Source: Candidatus Micrarchaeota archaeon (GTDB lineage Archaea > Micrarchaeota > Micrarchaeia > Anstonellales > Anstonellaceae). Taken from it: a DNA stretch of 64,000 nucleotides. The stretch lies in the NCBI GenBank assembly GCA_026414185.1, contig JAOAJL010000001.1:82987-146986 (forward strand). Direction: 5' to 3'. Shown one piece after another: positions 18,366-27,454 of the stretch. Every line of letters begins with the position of its first letter. Positions within the stretch are counted from its first letter, which is position 1. The translations under genes and the position numbers were made by a program. Under the pieces are notes generated by a model that searched no databases, was not told the origin of the DNA, and saw only the letters and a list, made by a program, of their open reading frames with translations.

Positions 18366-19139
18366 CTATCCAAAGACAATTCCGCTTATTTTCCTTGCCA
18401 TCTCAAGCGGCTTTTCGTTCTGCCAGACATTCCTGCCGACAGCAAGCCCGCAGGCGCCGCCAGCCATTATGTCCCGCACTTTCTGCAGGAACTCCTCATC
18501 CTGCTGCTTGCTTCCGCCCGCCGAAATCACCTTGCATCTTCCAGCAGATGCCACCACCCATTTCATAGCATCAACGCTTCCAGGGTAGTTTATTTTCACA
18601 ATATCAGCCCCAAGTTCAAGCGCCACGCGAGCAGCATAGGCAACCATCGCAGGGTCCTTCTCATTTGGCACATGCATCCCGCGCGGATAGGACCAAACAA
18701 TGCAGGGCAAGCCGTAGTCGTGCGCCTCCTCCTCTATTCTGCCAAACTCGCAAAACATCTCCGCCTCTCTGGGCGAGCCAACGTATATGGTATAGCCAAT
18801 CGCGTCGGCGCCAAGCGCGACCGCCTCCTTGACCGAGCAGACCTGTGGGGAGTAAGCCGCATCCTTTGGCACAATATTCGTCCTGCCGTTGAGCTTCAGC
18901 ACGAGCGGCACCTTGCCTGAATAGTTCTCCTTATAGTGCCTTGCAATGCCTTTCTGGACCGCAAAGCCGGTAAATCCGCCCTTTGCGGCAATCTCGCAGA
19001 CGTATTCAGGCGCCACATTTTTCAGGTTGAAATCCACTGGCCCATGCTCCATCCCCTGGTCATAGGCAAGTATGAGCACCTTGCCATCTCGCACTATCTT
19101 TCCCAAAGCGCCTTCCCTTCTTCTTCGCATAAAGCCCAC
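18366..19139 (-). CDS. fba: class I fructose-bisphosphate aldolase, archaeal DhnA/FbaB type (an AroA'-like role is not excluded)
   Basis: TIM-barrel aldolase family layout (ILAYDQGMEHGP...); 257 aa. Adjacent to fbp in the same orientation, which favours the gluconeogenic aldolase role. Confidence 0.7.
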   Translation of the reverse strand: MGFMRRRREGALGKIVRDGKVLILAYDQGMEHGPVDFNLKNVAPEYVCEIAAKGGFTGFAVQKGIARHYKENYSGKVPLVLKLNGRTNIVPKDAAYSPQVCSVKEAVALGADAIGYTIYVGSPREAEMFCEFGRIEEEAHDYGLPCIVWSYPRGMHVPNEKDPAMVAYAARVALELGADIVKINYPGSVDAMKWVVASAGRCKVISAGGSKQQDEEFLQKVRDIMAGGACGLAVGRNVWQNEKPLEMARKISGIVFG

Positions 19140-19279
19140 CTTGCCATAAGAACGGAGCTTATAAATAAATGGGTTGCTTTCAGGCCGCTTCCCTTCATTC
19201 TTCAGCGCGATGCGTCCAGACTAAACCTTTTTAAACCTGAACAGGAAATTTAGCTCGCTAATCAGGCGAAGGTGAGCTT

Positions 19280-19534
19280 ATGGCAAAAATAGTCATCGCA
19301 AAGCAGCTTGCAAGCAAGAAAGTCATAACAAACGACGGGGAGGAGCTGGGCAGGCTCATTGACCTTGAAATATCCGAAACATCTGGCAAGATTGAGAATC
19401 TCCTTGTGGACCCCAACCCGGACAACCAGACGGCGCGGAGACTGAACAAAGAAGAAGGCAACATCGTCATCCCCTACTCCTCTGTCCTTGCAGCCTCAGA
19501 TCACATCATAGTTGACAGGAAAACCATCGGCTAA
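19280..19534 (+). CDS. PRC-barrel domain protein
   Basis: 84 aa; [19 protein letters not shown]...IVIPYSSV is typical of PRC barrel. SD-like aggtga lies 7 nt upstream. Confidence 0.55.
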   Translation: MAKIVIAKQLASKKVITNDGEELGRLIDLEISETSGKIENLLVDPNPDNQTARRLNKEEGNIVIPYSSVLAASDHIIVDRKTIG

Positions 19535-19572
19535 TTTTCTTTGTTTCTCTGCCCAAAGGGAGGTGCTTGGTT

Positions 19573-20133
19573 ATGGCAGTTGAATTTGTATTGCTGTGCG
19601 CAGGCGCCTTGCTCCTGCTTGCTCTGCTTTACTTTGTCTTCACCTACAACTACCTCATAACGCTGCGGGCAAGGATTGACAACTCCTGGTCGCAGATTGA
19701 CGTCCAGCTCAAAAGAAGATATGATTTGATACCCAACCTTGTGGAAACAGTGAAAGGCTACGCCAAGCACGAAAAGGAAGTATTCACGGAGGTGACAAAA
19801 GCCCGCGCCGCGATGGCAAAGGCGAGCACCGTGGAAGAGAAGGCGGCCGCAAACAACATGCTGTCAAGCGCGCTAAAATCCCTTTTCGCAGTCGCCGAAG
19901 GCTATCCGAAGCTGCGCGCCAACGAAAACTTCCTCCAGCTGCAAGAGGAGCTTTCCGGCACAGAAAGCAAAATAGCATATGCCCGCCAGTTCTACAACGA
20001 CACCGTCCTTTCCTACAACACAGCGATTGCATCCATACCGACCAACATAATCGCAGGCATGTTCGGCTTTGCTCCGCGCGAGTTTTTCAAAGCCGGCGAA
20101 AAGGAGCGCAAGGAGTTCAAGGTAAAGTTCTGA
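19573..20133 (+). CDS. lemA: LemA family membrane protein
   Basis: N-terminal TM helix plus the conserved LemA core ([25 protein letters not shown]...FYNDTV.YN). Confidence 0.75.
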   Translation: MAVEFVLLCAGALLLLALLYFVFTYNYLITLRARIDNSWSQIDVQLKRRYDLIPNLVETVKGYAKHEKEVFTEVTKARAAMAKASTVEEKAAANNMLSSALKSLFAVAEGYPKLRANENFLQLQEELSGTESKIAYARQFYNDTVLSYNTAIASIPTNIIAGMFGFAPREFFKAGEKERKEFKVKF

Positions 20134-20195
20134 CCGCCCAGTCCAGCCGAAGTTGCGCAAAGCACAAATCCCGAAAATGGTTTTGAGGGTCTGAC

Positions 20196-21068
20196 ATGGC
20201 GTCTTTTTTTGACGAGATAGAGAAAAACAAGCTAATGTCCTACCTTCTTCTCGCACTGTTTTTCCTTATCTCTTTTGGCTTTTTTTTCGTCTTCAGCTTC
20301 GTCTTCCTTGGAGTCCGCAGCTGGCTTGGCCTTCTGCTTTCGTTCCTGCTTGCCTCGGGCTACATTTCCGCTTCATATATGCTTGCGGACAAGGCGCTGC
20401 TCAAAATCGCAGGGGCGCGCCCGGCGAGAAAAGACGAGTTTCCCTATCTTGTGAACGTGGTGGAGGGACTGTCAATCGCCGCAGGCATACCCGCCCCGAA
20501 AATTTATGTCATAGATGACGCGGGGCTGAACGCTTTTGCAACCGGCATGTCGCCGCAAAAGGCATCCGTCGCATTCACCACCGGGCTTCTCAAGGCGATG
20601 AATCGGCAGGAGCTTGAAGGGGTGGCGGCGCACGAAATTTCGCACATACGCAACTACGACTCCCGCATAGCAACGCTGGTCGTAGTCACAATAGGGCTGG
20701 TCTGCCTCCTGTCCGATGTAGGACTTCGCAGCTTATTCCAAAGCAGAGGCAGAAGCCGGGGCGGCGGGCTTCTCCTCCTAATAGGGCTTATCATAGTCAT
20801 CCTTGCCCCCATAGCAGCCCAGCTTGTCCGCCTTGCTCTCTCGCGCCAGAGAGAGTATCTTTCCGATGCCACAGCAGTCCAGCTTACGCGTTACCCGCCA
20901 GGGCTTGCCTCAGCCCTTGAAAAGATAAAGAAAATGGGCTCTGTGGTGGAGAAAGCATCGGATGCCACAGCCTCTCTTTACTTTGCCAATCCGCTTTCAG
21001 GCGGGCTCAGCTTCTTTTCCACCCACCCCCCAATTGAAGAAAGAATAAGACGGCTTCGCATGATGTGA
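20196..21068 (+). CDS. htpX: M48-family zinc metalloprotease HtpX
   Basis: HEISHIRNYD zinc site (HExxH) flanked by TM helices. Follows lemA, a common pairing. Confidence 0.8.
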   Translation: MASFFDEIEKNKLMSYLLLALFFLISFGFFFVFSFVFLGVRSWLGLLLSFLLASGYISASYMLADKALLKIAGARPARKDEFPYLVNVVEGLSIAAGIPAPKIYVIDDAGLNAFATGMSPQKASVAFTTGLLKAMNRQELEGVAAHEISHIRNYDSRIATLVVVTIGLVCLLSDVGLRSLFQSRGRSRGGGLLLLIGLIIVILAPIAAQLVRLALSRQREYLSDATAVQLTRYPPGLASALEKIKKMGSVVEKASDATASLYFANPLSGGLSFFSTHPPIEERIRRLRMM

Positions 21069-21082
21069 AAACGAAAGCCGCT

Positions 21083-21628
21083 TCAGCTTTTTTTACCAGG
21101 CAGGGCTTTTACTCGGGGTATTACCTTCATCAGTTTTGAAGGCGGCACCCTCTCCGTCATGGATGAAACATGCCCCTTGCTTGCAATCAGCTTCCAGTTT
21201 TTCAAAAGCTTGAAGCCTATGTAGTAAGAGCCGCCTATTGAGAGCACTGAAGCCGCAGCGGAAAGTGCGGAAAAGGCGTAAGTCACCGGTATCATCAGCG
21301 CGGCAACCGCAAGGGATGCGCCGATTATTAGCTCCTTTACGTGGTCCGCGGAGTGCGGCACGTGCCTTTCAATTATCTGCGCAACCTCGTATCTCGCCTC
21401 CGCAAGCACCCTTGCCTTCTCAGCCGCATGCTTTTCCGGCTCTTTCCAATACTCCTTTTTTATTCTCTTCAGCTCAAAGTCAGTCTTCTCATAGTGCCTG
21501 TTAAGCTCGCCTAAGAGGCGATTTGCCGCTTCCCTGCTTCCGCAGGCGGAAATAATCTCGTTTATGGACTTCTCGTAATTGCCGATGTAGTCAAAATAAG
21601 CCTCTCGGAACTCCTTCTCAACAGGCAT
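21083..21628 (-). CDS. hypothetical membrane protein
   Basis: 181 aa with a helical N-terminal half and two predicted TM segments. Confidence 0.4.
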   Translation of the reverse strand: MPVEKEFREAYFDYIGNYEKSINEIISACGSREAANRLLGELNRHYEKTDFELKRIKKEYWKEPEKHAAEKARVLAEARYEVAQIIERHVPHSADHVKELIIGASLAVAALMIPVTYAFSALSAAASVLSIGGSYYIGFKLLKNWKLIASKGHVSSMTERVPPSKLMKVIPRVKALPGKKS

Positions 21629-21653
21629 GCTGTCTTATTATTTCGCAAACAAT

Positions 21654-22436
21654 TTAAGCCCTCTGCCATTTCACACCAGCAGATTCAAGCTCACGAATCA
21701 GCTTTGAGCGCACCTCTCCTTTCATGCCTTTCCAGTCTATCATCGCGCCCAGAGGAGCCTCAGTGTTCTTTCCTATCACATCTTTCAGGCGACCTGCATC
21801 AAAGCCGTCCTTTTCAAGCGCGTAGCCGGAGATTATGTGCCCGAACGCCTCTTCTCCTTCAACTGCCTTTGGGCTGAACTTCGGCGCATAGTGGCTTCCG
21901 CCAAAACCGACATAGGCGGGCCAACTTCTCCTGTTGCGCACCGCCGCCACTATCGCCCTTGCGGCTATCTCACCCGCCTTTTTCATACCCCACTGCTCAC
22001 GGGTGCTTCCGATTTCAACAAACATGACGGGCTTTTCTATCGTGGGTCCGTGGTGGTCCGCCTCAAGCGAAACCTGCCAGCCGAGACTTTGGCGAGAAAG
22101 CATAGCAAGCTCCTGCACGGCAGCCTTCAGCCTTGAAGGCATCGCAATGTTCAGCGTCCTTTCTTTGCCTCCCAAACCAGCAGAGCCCCAATTGCCTGGC
22201 GTGTGGGCGGTAAAGCAGGGCTGGCCCGCTTCGCTTTTGTGCGTGCTTGCATAAATGTAATAATCCGCCTTGTGCGCAGGCTCAATCGTCACAATTTCCC
22301 CGCTGTATTCTGCCATGTCAAAGTCCGTTCCGCGCCAAAAGCCGCCCTCCTCCTCCATGCTTTCAATGGCAAGAATGGCGCCCTTTATGTTCCGGCTTGC
22401 CTCATTTTGCCTGGATATGACCACGAGAGGCCGCAT
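21654..22436 (-). CDS. dtdA: D-aminoacyl-tRNA deacylase, archaeal type (DtdA)
   Basis: Matches conserved DtdA blocks: HTPGNWG, LEADHHGPT, GGSHYAPK, IDWKG. Confidence 0.75.
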   Translation of the reverse strand: MRPLVVISRQNEASRNIKGAILAIESMEEEGGFWRGTDFDMAEYSGEIVTIEPAHKADYYIYASTHKSEAGQPCFTAHTPGNWGSAGLGGKERTLNIAMPSRLKAAVQELAMLSRQSLGWQVSLEADHHGPTIEKPVMFVEIGSTREQWGMKKAGEIAARAIVAAVRNRRSWPAYVGFGGSHYAPKFSPKAVEGEEAFGHIISGYALEKDGFDAGRLKDVIGKNTEAPLGAMIDWKGMKGEVRSKLIRELESAGVKWQRA

Positions 22437-22517
22437 GAAAATAGGGCTGCGGTAGAGGATATAATCCTTTTCAGCGGCGCAATCAGATTTTTAAGCTGGG
22501 CATGCAAATTTGCTCTC

Positions 22518-23717
22518 ATGGGCGATGAGCAGCTTATCCTTTTCATAGAGCGCTCCCGCCAGCGCGGAAGGACAGACGAACAGATAATGCGCGCTCTGCT
22601 TTCAGTCGGCTGGAAAAAAGAGCGAGTGGAGGCTGCGCTTGCCATGGTTTCCCAAAAGGAAGGCAAAAAACAGGCGCCTGCTGTCCCATCTGTGCAGCAG
22701 GAGGCACAAAAACAGCAGCAGGCTCCTAAAGCCGAACCTCAATTGCGAAAGCAAGAAGAAGGCGGGCAGCCGCAAGAAAAGAACGAAACGCAGGAAAGCC
22801 AGCAAAGCCTGCAACCGGCGCAGGCTGCGCAAAAAGCCGAAGGCAAGCCGCAGGAAAGCGCAAAAGCGCAGTCTGAGCAGGCAACTGTCCCTTCGCAGAT
22901 GCAGGCAGAAAGCCAAAGGCAGCCGCCCGCCCAACCCAAGCCGCTTTGGCCCTATGAAAAGGAAGGCGCACAAGGAGACCTTCTTGCTGCCGCCTACCCG
23001 AAAGTTTCTGACGAAAAGGAGGTGAAGAACCCTGCCTTTGAAAACCTTGAAAAAGCCTCCAAGCAAAAAGCCCTGCCCAAACTCATCCCCATCGCCCTTG
23101 CCACCCTCATCATCCTGCTTGGAGCCGCTTATTTCTTTCTTCCGGCTTCCGCAAGAGGCGCTCCCACAGCAGAAACCCCTTCAATTTCACCTCCTGCCCA
23201 GCAGCCTGCTGCCTTGCCGGCTGAGCATGCAAATGCCTCGGAAAAAGCCAAAAATTCCACCCAAAAACAAGGGCAGCCGGTCTTCCCAGCCAAAAACCAA
23301 ACCGCCCAGCAGCCGCCTGCACAAAAAGAAGAGCGGGAGCAACCGCCCCCAGAAAAGCCCAGCATTCCAGCCCCCCCGCCGCTTCCACCGCCGCCAGAAA
23401 CCAGCCCTGCGCCTAAAGAGCCGCCGCAAAACAACACGACAGCCGTTCAGGAGCAGGTTCACTTCAACAAGTCACGCTCATTTCAATGGGACAGGGGCTT
23501 GACTCCAAGAAAATTCTGCCGCGTCAACAACATGACTTTCTGGCGCGCGCACTACTCCGAGTTTTGGGGAGCGCAGTGCGTAACGGAGAAAAACAGGCGC
23601 GGAAACTCAACAGCAGAGGAGTTTGAGTCGCGCTGCACCTACCTTCCCTGCTGCTTCACCGCCCCCTCCTTGGAATACAGCTACTACTACGACAGCTTTG
23701 ACTGCGGCTATGAATGA
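22518..23717 (+). CDS. hypothetical single-pass membrane protein with Q/P/K/E-rich linker and Cys-rich C-terminal domain
   Basis: Start moved to MGDEQ at 22518; the upstream extension overlaps dtdA on the other strand. Order is a small N-terminal helical domain, about 170 aa of low-complexity QPKAE linker, one TM helix, a Pro-rich segment, then a C-terminal domain with 6 Cys and many Tyr. Confidence 0.45.
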   Translation: MGDEQLILFIERSRQRGRTDEQIMRALLSVGWKKERVEAALAMVSQKEGKKQAPAVPSVQQEAQKQQQAPKAEPQLRKQEEGGQPQEKNETQESQQSLQPAQAAQKAEGKPQESAKAQSEQATVPSQMQAESQRQPPAQPKPLWPYEKEGAQGDLLAAAYPKVSDEKEVKNPAFENLEKASKQKALPKLIPIALATLIILLGAAYFFLPASARGAPTAETPSISPPAQQPAALPAEHANASEKAKNSTQKQGQPVFPAKNQTAQQPPAQKEEREQPPPEKPSIPAPPPLPPPPETSPAPKEPPQNNTTAVQEQVHFNKSRSFQWDRGLTPRKFCRVNNMTFWRAHYSEFWGAQCVTEKNRRGNSTAEEFESRCTYLPCCFTAPSLEYSYYYDSFDCGYE

Positions 23718-23722
23718 AGCCC

Positions 23723-24235
23723 CTACTCAAGCTTCAGTCCGAAAAGCTTCTTTCCGCCCCTATTGAAAAGCAAAAGCTCGGCTTCCTTTCCATTTGCGGC
23801 AGGATGGAACTCCAGCACCTCGCCCACTACGATAGAGTGGTCTCCCGCACTTGTGCAAGAAAGCATTTTGCATTCAATATTCGCTATCGCCTCGGCAATG
23901 AGCGGCGCTCCTACCTTTGATGCCTTAAGCTGCGTCAGCTTGCCCTCCTCAAACTTGTCTATGAATTTGCCGGAGGTGGTGCCGCACAGCAAAGCCGCAT
24001 CCTTAAGCTTCTCACCTGCAATCGCCACGACAAATTCCATGGAATTGCAAAGAAGCTCCAGTGTAAGCGAGCTGTTTGAGAGGGAGAGGGCAAGCATCGG
24101 AGGCTTGTTGCAGACAGGCATAATCCACTCCACAGCAGTCACGTTTGTCTTGCCGCCGGCAGAAGCAGTCACAAGGACAACCTGCCGCGGATATAGGTAT
24201 TCCTGCAGCATGCTTCTGCCTTCCCCATAAATCAA
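23723..24235 (-). CDS. flavin reductase-like FMN-binding domain protein
   Basis: 170 aa; RQVVLVTASAGGKTNVTAVEW...SIVVGEVLEFH resembles the flavin reductase split-barrel. Confidence 0.55.
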   Translation of the reverse strand: MIYGEGRSMLQEYLYPRQVVLVTASAGGKTNVTAVEWIMPVCNKPPMLALSLSNSSLTLELLCNSMEFVVAIAGEKLKDAALLCGTTSGKFIDKFEEGKLTQLKASKVGAPLIAEAIANIECKMLSCTSAGDHSIVVGEVLEFHPAANGKEAELLLFNRGGKKLFGLKLE

Positions 24236-24263
24236 TTTAAACCCTTAGTGTCTATCTTCATCT

Positions 24264-24857
24264 ATGAGAAGCGCCGCCGCCATCGTGGCATTTTTGCTGC
24301 TTTTTTTCATTTCAGGTTGCGCACAGCGCACCATCCCTTCAGCCTGCGCCAGCAGCGAGCCTTCCAGGCTTGCAAACTGCATATACAACAACGCAGTGAC
24401 GGAGCAGAACCCCTATTACTGCTATTCTCTTGAAGACAAGCGGCAGCGCGAAATCTGCATGCGAGACGCAGCAGACCCGAACGCAAGAAAAGCCCTCCTC
24501 AACTCGCTTGCCTCTGAGCGCGAAGCCATCTTTGTCGCGCAGGAAGGCCAGGCGCACTCAAAGCAAGGGGGCAATTTTGAATCCCCCGAAGAAGCGGCGC
24601 CGCAAGCGCAGGCGGCAGAACAGAGCAGTTGCGCAGGTCTCATAGGCACTGCCCGCGACAACTGCTTCAAAACCGTCGCCCTTGAAAGCCAGCAAATAGC
24701 CTATTGCGAATCAATAAGCGACGCCACAATACGCAAAAGCTGCATTTCCGAAATAGCAAGGAAGACAAAAGACATACAGTCCTGCAAGACGCTTTCCCAA
24801 AAGGAGAACATAAACCTCTGCAACCTCTACGTGAAAGGCGACGAGCAGAAAGGCTGA
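24264..24857 (+). CDS. secreted Cys-rich lipoprotein-like protein
   Basis: Signal peptide with lipobox-like LFFISGC; 10 Cys in the mature part. Confidence 0.45.
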   Translation: MRSAAAIVAFLLLFFISGCAQRTIPSACASSEPSRLANCIYNNAVTEQNPYYCYSLEDKRQREICMRDAADPNARKALLNSLASEREAIFVAQEGQAHSKQGGNFESPEEAAPQAQAAEQSSCAGLIGTARDNCFKTVALESQQIAYCESISDATIRKSCISEIARKTKDIQSCKTLSQKENINLCNLYVKGDEQKG

Positions 24858-24915
24858 AAATCCAAAATACGGCGTTCATAAAGAAAGCTCCAAACAAAAA
24901 TGCAAAGGTGAGGGA

Positions 24916-25395
24916 ATGTTTCTTTTCCAAGAACAAGCACAGCGCGCACAAATTCGAATCCAAGAACAAGCACAGCGCGCACAAATTCGAAAAGTGTTGG
25001 ATTTAGCCACTTACATAAAGAATCAAATAAAAGATTCATTCAACGTAGAGAACATAAAAATTACGGTCACTGCCCAAAATCGAGATAAAAATGGAGAAGT
25101 CATCTCTTACAACCGATGCTACTCCGTTACAGTGGCTTATGATGAAAATAAAGTCAAGAATAAAGGCGTCTTAGTCAACAAAATAAATGCGGCTGTTGAG
25201 TCCTACATTCATATGTATTTCAAAAATACAGGAAATATCAAAATGTTGTCTCCCAAAGAAACAATGCCTGAAACGATAGAAAAACAAGACGCGATATATG
25301 TATATTCATATCCTTCCTCGGGCACGGCCAAAAATTTCCGAGGGGAAACACAATTCACCCTCCTTTATGCTTTTTACTCCGGCGAAAGAAAATAA
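24916..25395 (+). CDS. hypothetical protein, AT-rich orphan with internal tandem duplication
   Basis: 159-aa ORF in a segment of about 38% GC. The N-terminus contains a duplicated QEQAQRAQIR peptide encoded by a perfect 31-bp direct repeat. Confidence 0.35.
   Translation: MFLFQEQAQRAQIRIQEQAQRAQIRKVLDLATYIKNQIKDSFNVENIKITVTAQNRDKNGEVISYNRCYSVTVAYDENKVKNKGVLVNKINAAVESYIHMYFKNTGNIKMLSPKETMPETIEKQDAIYVYSYPSSGTAKNFRGETQFTLLYAFYSGERK
24929..24991 (+). repeat. perfect 31-bp direct repeat (caagaacaagcacagcgcgcacaaattcgaa) x2, separated by 2 bp
   Basis: Copies at 24929-24959 and 24961-24991, read directly from the sequence. Confidence 0.9.
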
Positions 25396-25403
25396 GCCTC
25401 GCT

Positions 25404-26195
25404 TCAAAACATCTCATCCGCCAGCTCTTCCCTGTCCGTAGGGCCGAAGAAGTCCCACCAGAAGCATTTTTTCATCTCTTCGCCCGCAAGCTGCTTCACA
25501 TCGCAGGAAAGCGCCCCGCCAACGATTACGGAAAGCTCCTTTGCCTGCTGTCTTGCGCGGCTCATTGCCTCCTCCTTCGTCAAGCCAGCTGCGGTTGTGG
25601 AGAGGTAGAAGACCACCTCAAGGGGCTTTTCGCCAGAGGTAAGCCTCTCAATCTGCCTGCCCCACATCGCAATTTCCCTGTCAAGCCGGGCAATCTCGTC
25701 GTTGTTCTTTGAGGAAGAGGAGAGCTTTGCCCTCCTACTTTCAGCCAAACTGCGCCTTGCCCTTATCTCTTCAAGCTCATCCGACAAGTCAAGCGGGCAG
25801 ACCATCGCAGTCAGCTTGAAAGGAAAGCCTGCCGAGGAAATTGCCTTCTCAAACATGCCTCCCATAAGCGCCTGCTGCCTTTCGCTTTTCTCAGAGGCGG
25901 ATTCATAGAGCCGAGCAGAAAGAAATGCAGTGGCAAGAAATGCGCCGTTTTTCCTGCCGACAACCAGGTCTTGCGAGGGCGGTATCTCAAAATTTCTTCC
26001 CGCTTCAACCACTCCTGCCCGTTTCGTAAGGGCTGGAATGAGCAGATAGCCGTATTTCCACAAGGCAAGCGAAAGCAGGAAGCACAGCGCCCCCGCTGCT
26101 GCCGCAGGCGCAGAGCCGAAAAAAACTGCCGCCGCAAGACAGAAAAATCCGCCGGCAAGAGCAAGAACGGTGTAAAGCCTGTTTTCACCTTCCAC
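25404..26195 (-). CDS. hypothetical membrane protein with cytoplasmic coiled-coil domain
   Basis: N-terminal TM pair (LYTVLALAGGFFCLAAAVFF, ALCFLLSLALW) then a helical domain. The ORF-track ATG at 26381 would overlap the pgk start by 125 nt on the opposite strand, so an in-frame GTG at 26195 is proposed. The start is uncertain. Confidence 0.4.
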   Translation of the reverse strand: MEGENRLYTVLALAGGFFCLAAAVFFGSAPAAAAGALCFLLSLALWKYGYLLIPALTKRAGVVEAGRNFEIPPSQDLVVGRKNGAFLATAFLSARLYESASEKSERQQALMGGMFEKAISSAGFPFKLTAMVCPLDLSDELEEIRARRSLAESRRAKLSSSSKNNDEIARLDREIAMWGRQIERLTSGEKPLEVVFYLSTTAAGLTKEEAMSRARQQAKELSVIVGGALSCDVKQLAGEEMKKCFWWDFFGPTDREELADEMF

Positions 26196-26256
26196 AAAAA
26201 TCCCTGGCAGACAAACGTTAAAATCCTTGCCGGAGTTATGCCTGCGGGTGCTTCTT

Positions 26257-27447
26257 ATGAAAACCTTGAAGGACTTCCAGTTTGAGGGGAAAACCGCGTT
26301 TGTGCGGGTGGATTTGAACTGCCCTGTAGATGAAAAGACAAAGAAAGTGGAGCCATCGGAGAGGATTGCGGGGCACGCCAAGACAGTGGCGGCGCTTTCG
26401 GATAAGGGGGCAAGGGTGGTGGTGCTTGCGCACCAGGGCAGAAAAGGCGACTATGACTGCATATCCCTCTCGCAGCATGCCCTTCTTCTGGGCGATGCGA
26501 CAAAAAAGCCCGTGAAGTTTGTGGATGATGTCTGCGGAGAGAAGGCAAAGGCAGCCATCCGTTCCCTCAAGCCAGGCGAAATCTTGCTTCTTGAAAACGT
26601 CCGCTTCCTTGATGACGAGACGAAATACAAGACAATTGAAGAAAACGAGAAGGCAACAATAGTCCAGCAGCTCTCCCCGCTTTGCGACGTTTTTGTTCTT
26701 GACGCATTCTCCGCGGCGCACCGCGCGCAAGCCTCCATAGTGGGCTTCTACAAAAAGCCGGTGGTGGCGGGCTTGGTCATGCAGGCGGAGCTTGAAGCGC
26801 TCGCCAAGCTGAAAAACCCCAAAAAGCCCGTAGCCTTTGTCTTCGGCGGGGCAAAGCCTGAGGATTCAATAGGCATAATGTCCAACTGGCTTTCAGAGGG
26901 CAAGATTGACCATGCGCTTACTTGCGGGCTTTTGGGCGAGCTTTTCCTTGTCGCTTCTGGAAGAGAGCTTGGCAAGACAATAGAGCTTCTGAAGGAAAAA
27001 AAGGCGCTTGACTATCTGCCGCAGGCAAGGGAGCTTCTCTCAAAGCACAAAAGCCGCATTCTCATTCCCGAGGACGTCGCAATTGACTTCAACGGAAAGC
27101 GCAAGGAAATCCCGTGCCATCAGCTTCCATCCAACCACTTGATTTGTGACATAGGCGCGAAGACCGCCAAAAAATACGCAGAGGTCCTTTCCGGCGCAAA
27201 GACCGTGTTGATGAACGGGCCTGCCGGCATGTATGAAAATCCGGAGTTTGAGGCAGGCACAAGGTCGCTGCTTAAGGCAATAGAGAAGTCAGGCGCGTTT
27301 TCAGTCATGGGCGGCGGGCACACCATATCCGCCATTGAAAAGTTCAGGATAAACAAAAAGAAGTTGGGCTACGTTTCCCTTGCAGGCAAGGCGCTCATAG
27401 AATATCTTTCAGGCGCACAGCTGCCAGGCGTAAAGATACTGCAGTAA
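26257..27447 (+). CDS. pgk: phosphoglycerate kinase
   Basis: N-terminal DFQFEGKTAFVRVDLNCP, with GGAKPEDSIG and GGGHT motifs. Start at MKTLKDF. Confidence 0.85.
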   Translation: MKTLKDFQFEGKTAFVRVDLNCPVDEKTKKVEPSERIAGHAKTVAALSDKGARVVVLAHQGRKGDYDCISLSQHALLLGDATKKPVKFVDDVCGEKAKAAIRSLKPGEILLLENVRFLDDETKYKTIEENEKATIVQQLSPLCDVFVLDAFSAAHRAQASIVGFYKKPVVAGLVMQAELEALAKLKNPKKPVAFVFGGAKPEDSIGIMSNWLSEGKIDHALTCGLLGELFLVASGRELGKTIELLKEKKALDYLPQARELLSKHKSRILIPEDVAIDFNGKRKEIPCHQLPSNHLICDIGAKTAKKYAEVLSGAKTVLMNGPAGMYENPEFEAGTRSLLKAIEKSGAFSVMGGGHTISAIEKFRINKKKLGYVSLAGKALIEYLSGAQLPGVKILQ

Positions 27448-27454
27448 GCCTGCT

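Noticed and set aside
22203-22517. 5' extension of the 22203-23717 ORF
   Set aside because: It overlaps the well-supported dtdA gene on the opposite strand. An internal ATG at 22518 gives a clean start after the dtdA 5' end.
22602-23462. Cluster of minus-strand ORFs with Arg/Leu/Phe-rich repeats antisense to the QPKAE-linker protein
   Set aside because: They are an artefact of the low-complexity repeat on the sense strand. The translations are RLRFxxFLR-type nonsense.
24929-24991. Possible CRISPR array
   Set aside because: There are only two copies of a 31-bp repeat, directly adjacent with a 2-bp spacer, lying inside an ORF. That is not a repeat-spacer architecture. No other interspaced repeats were found in the window.
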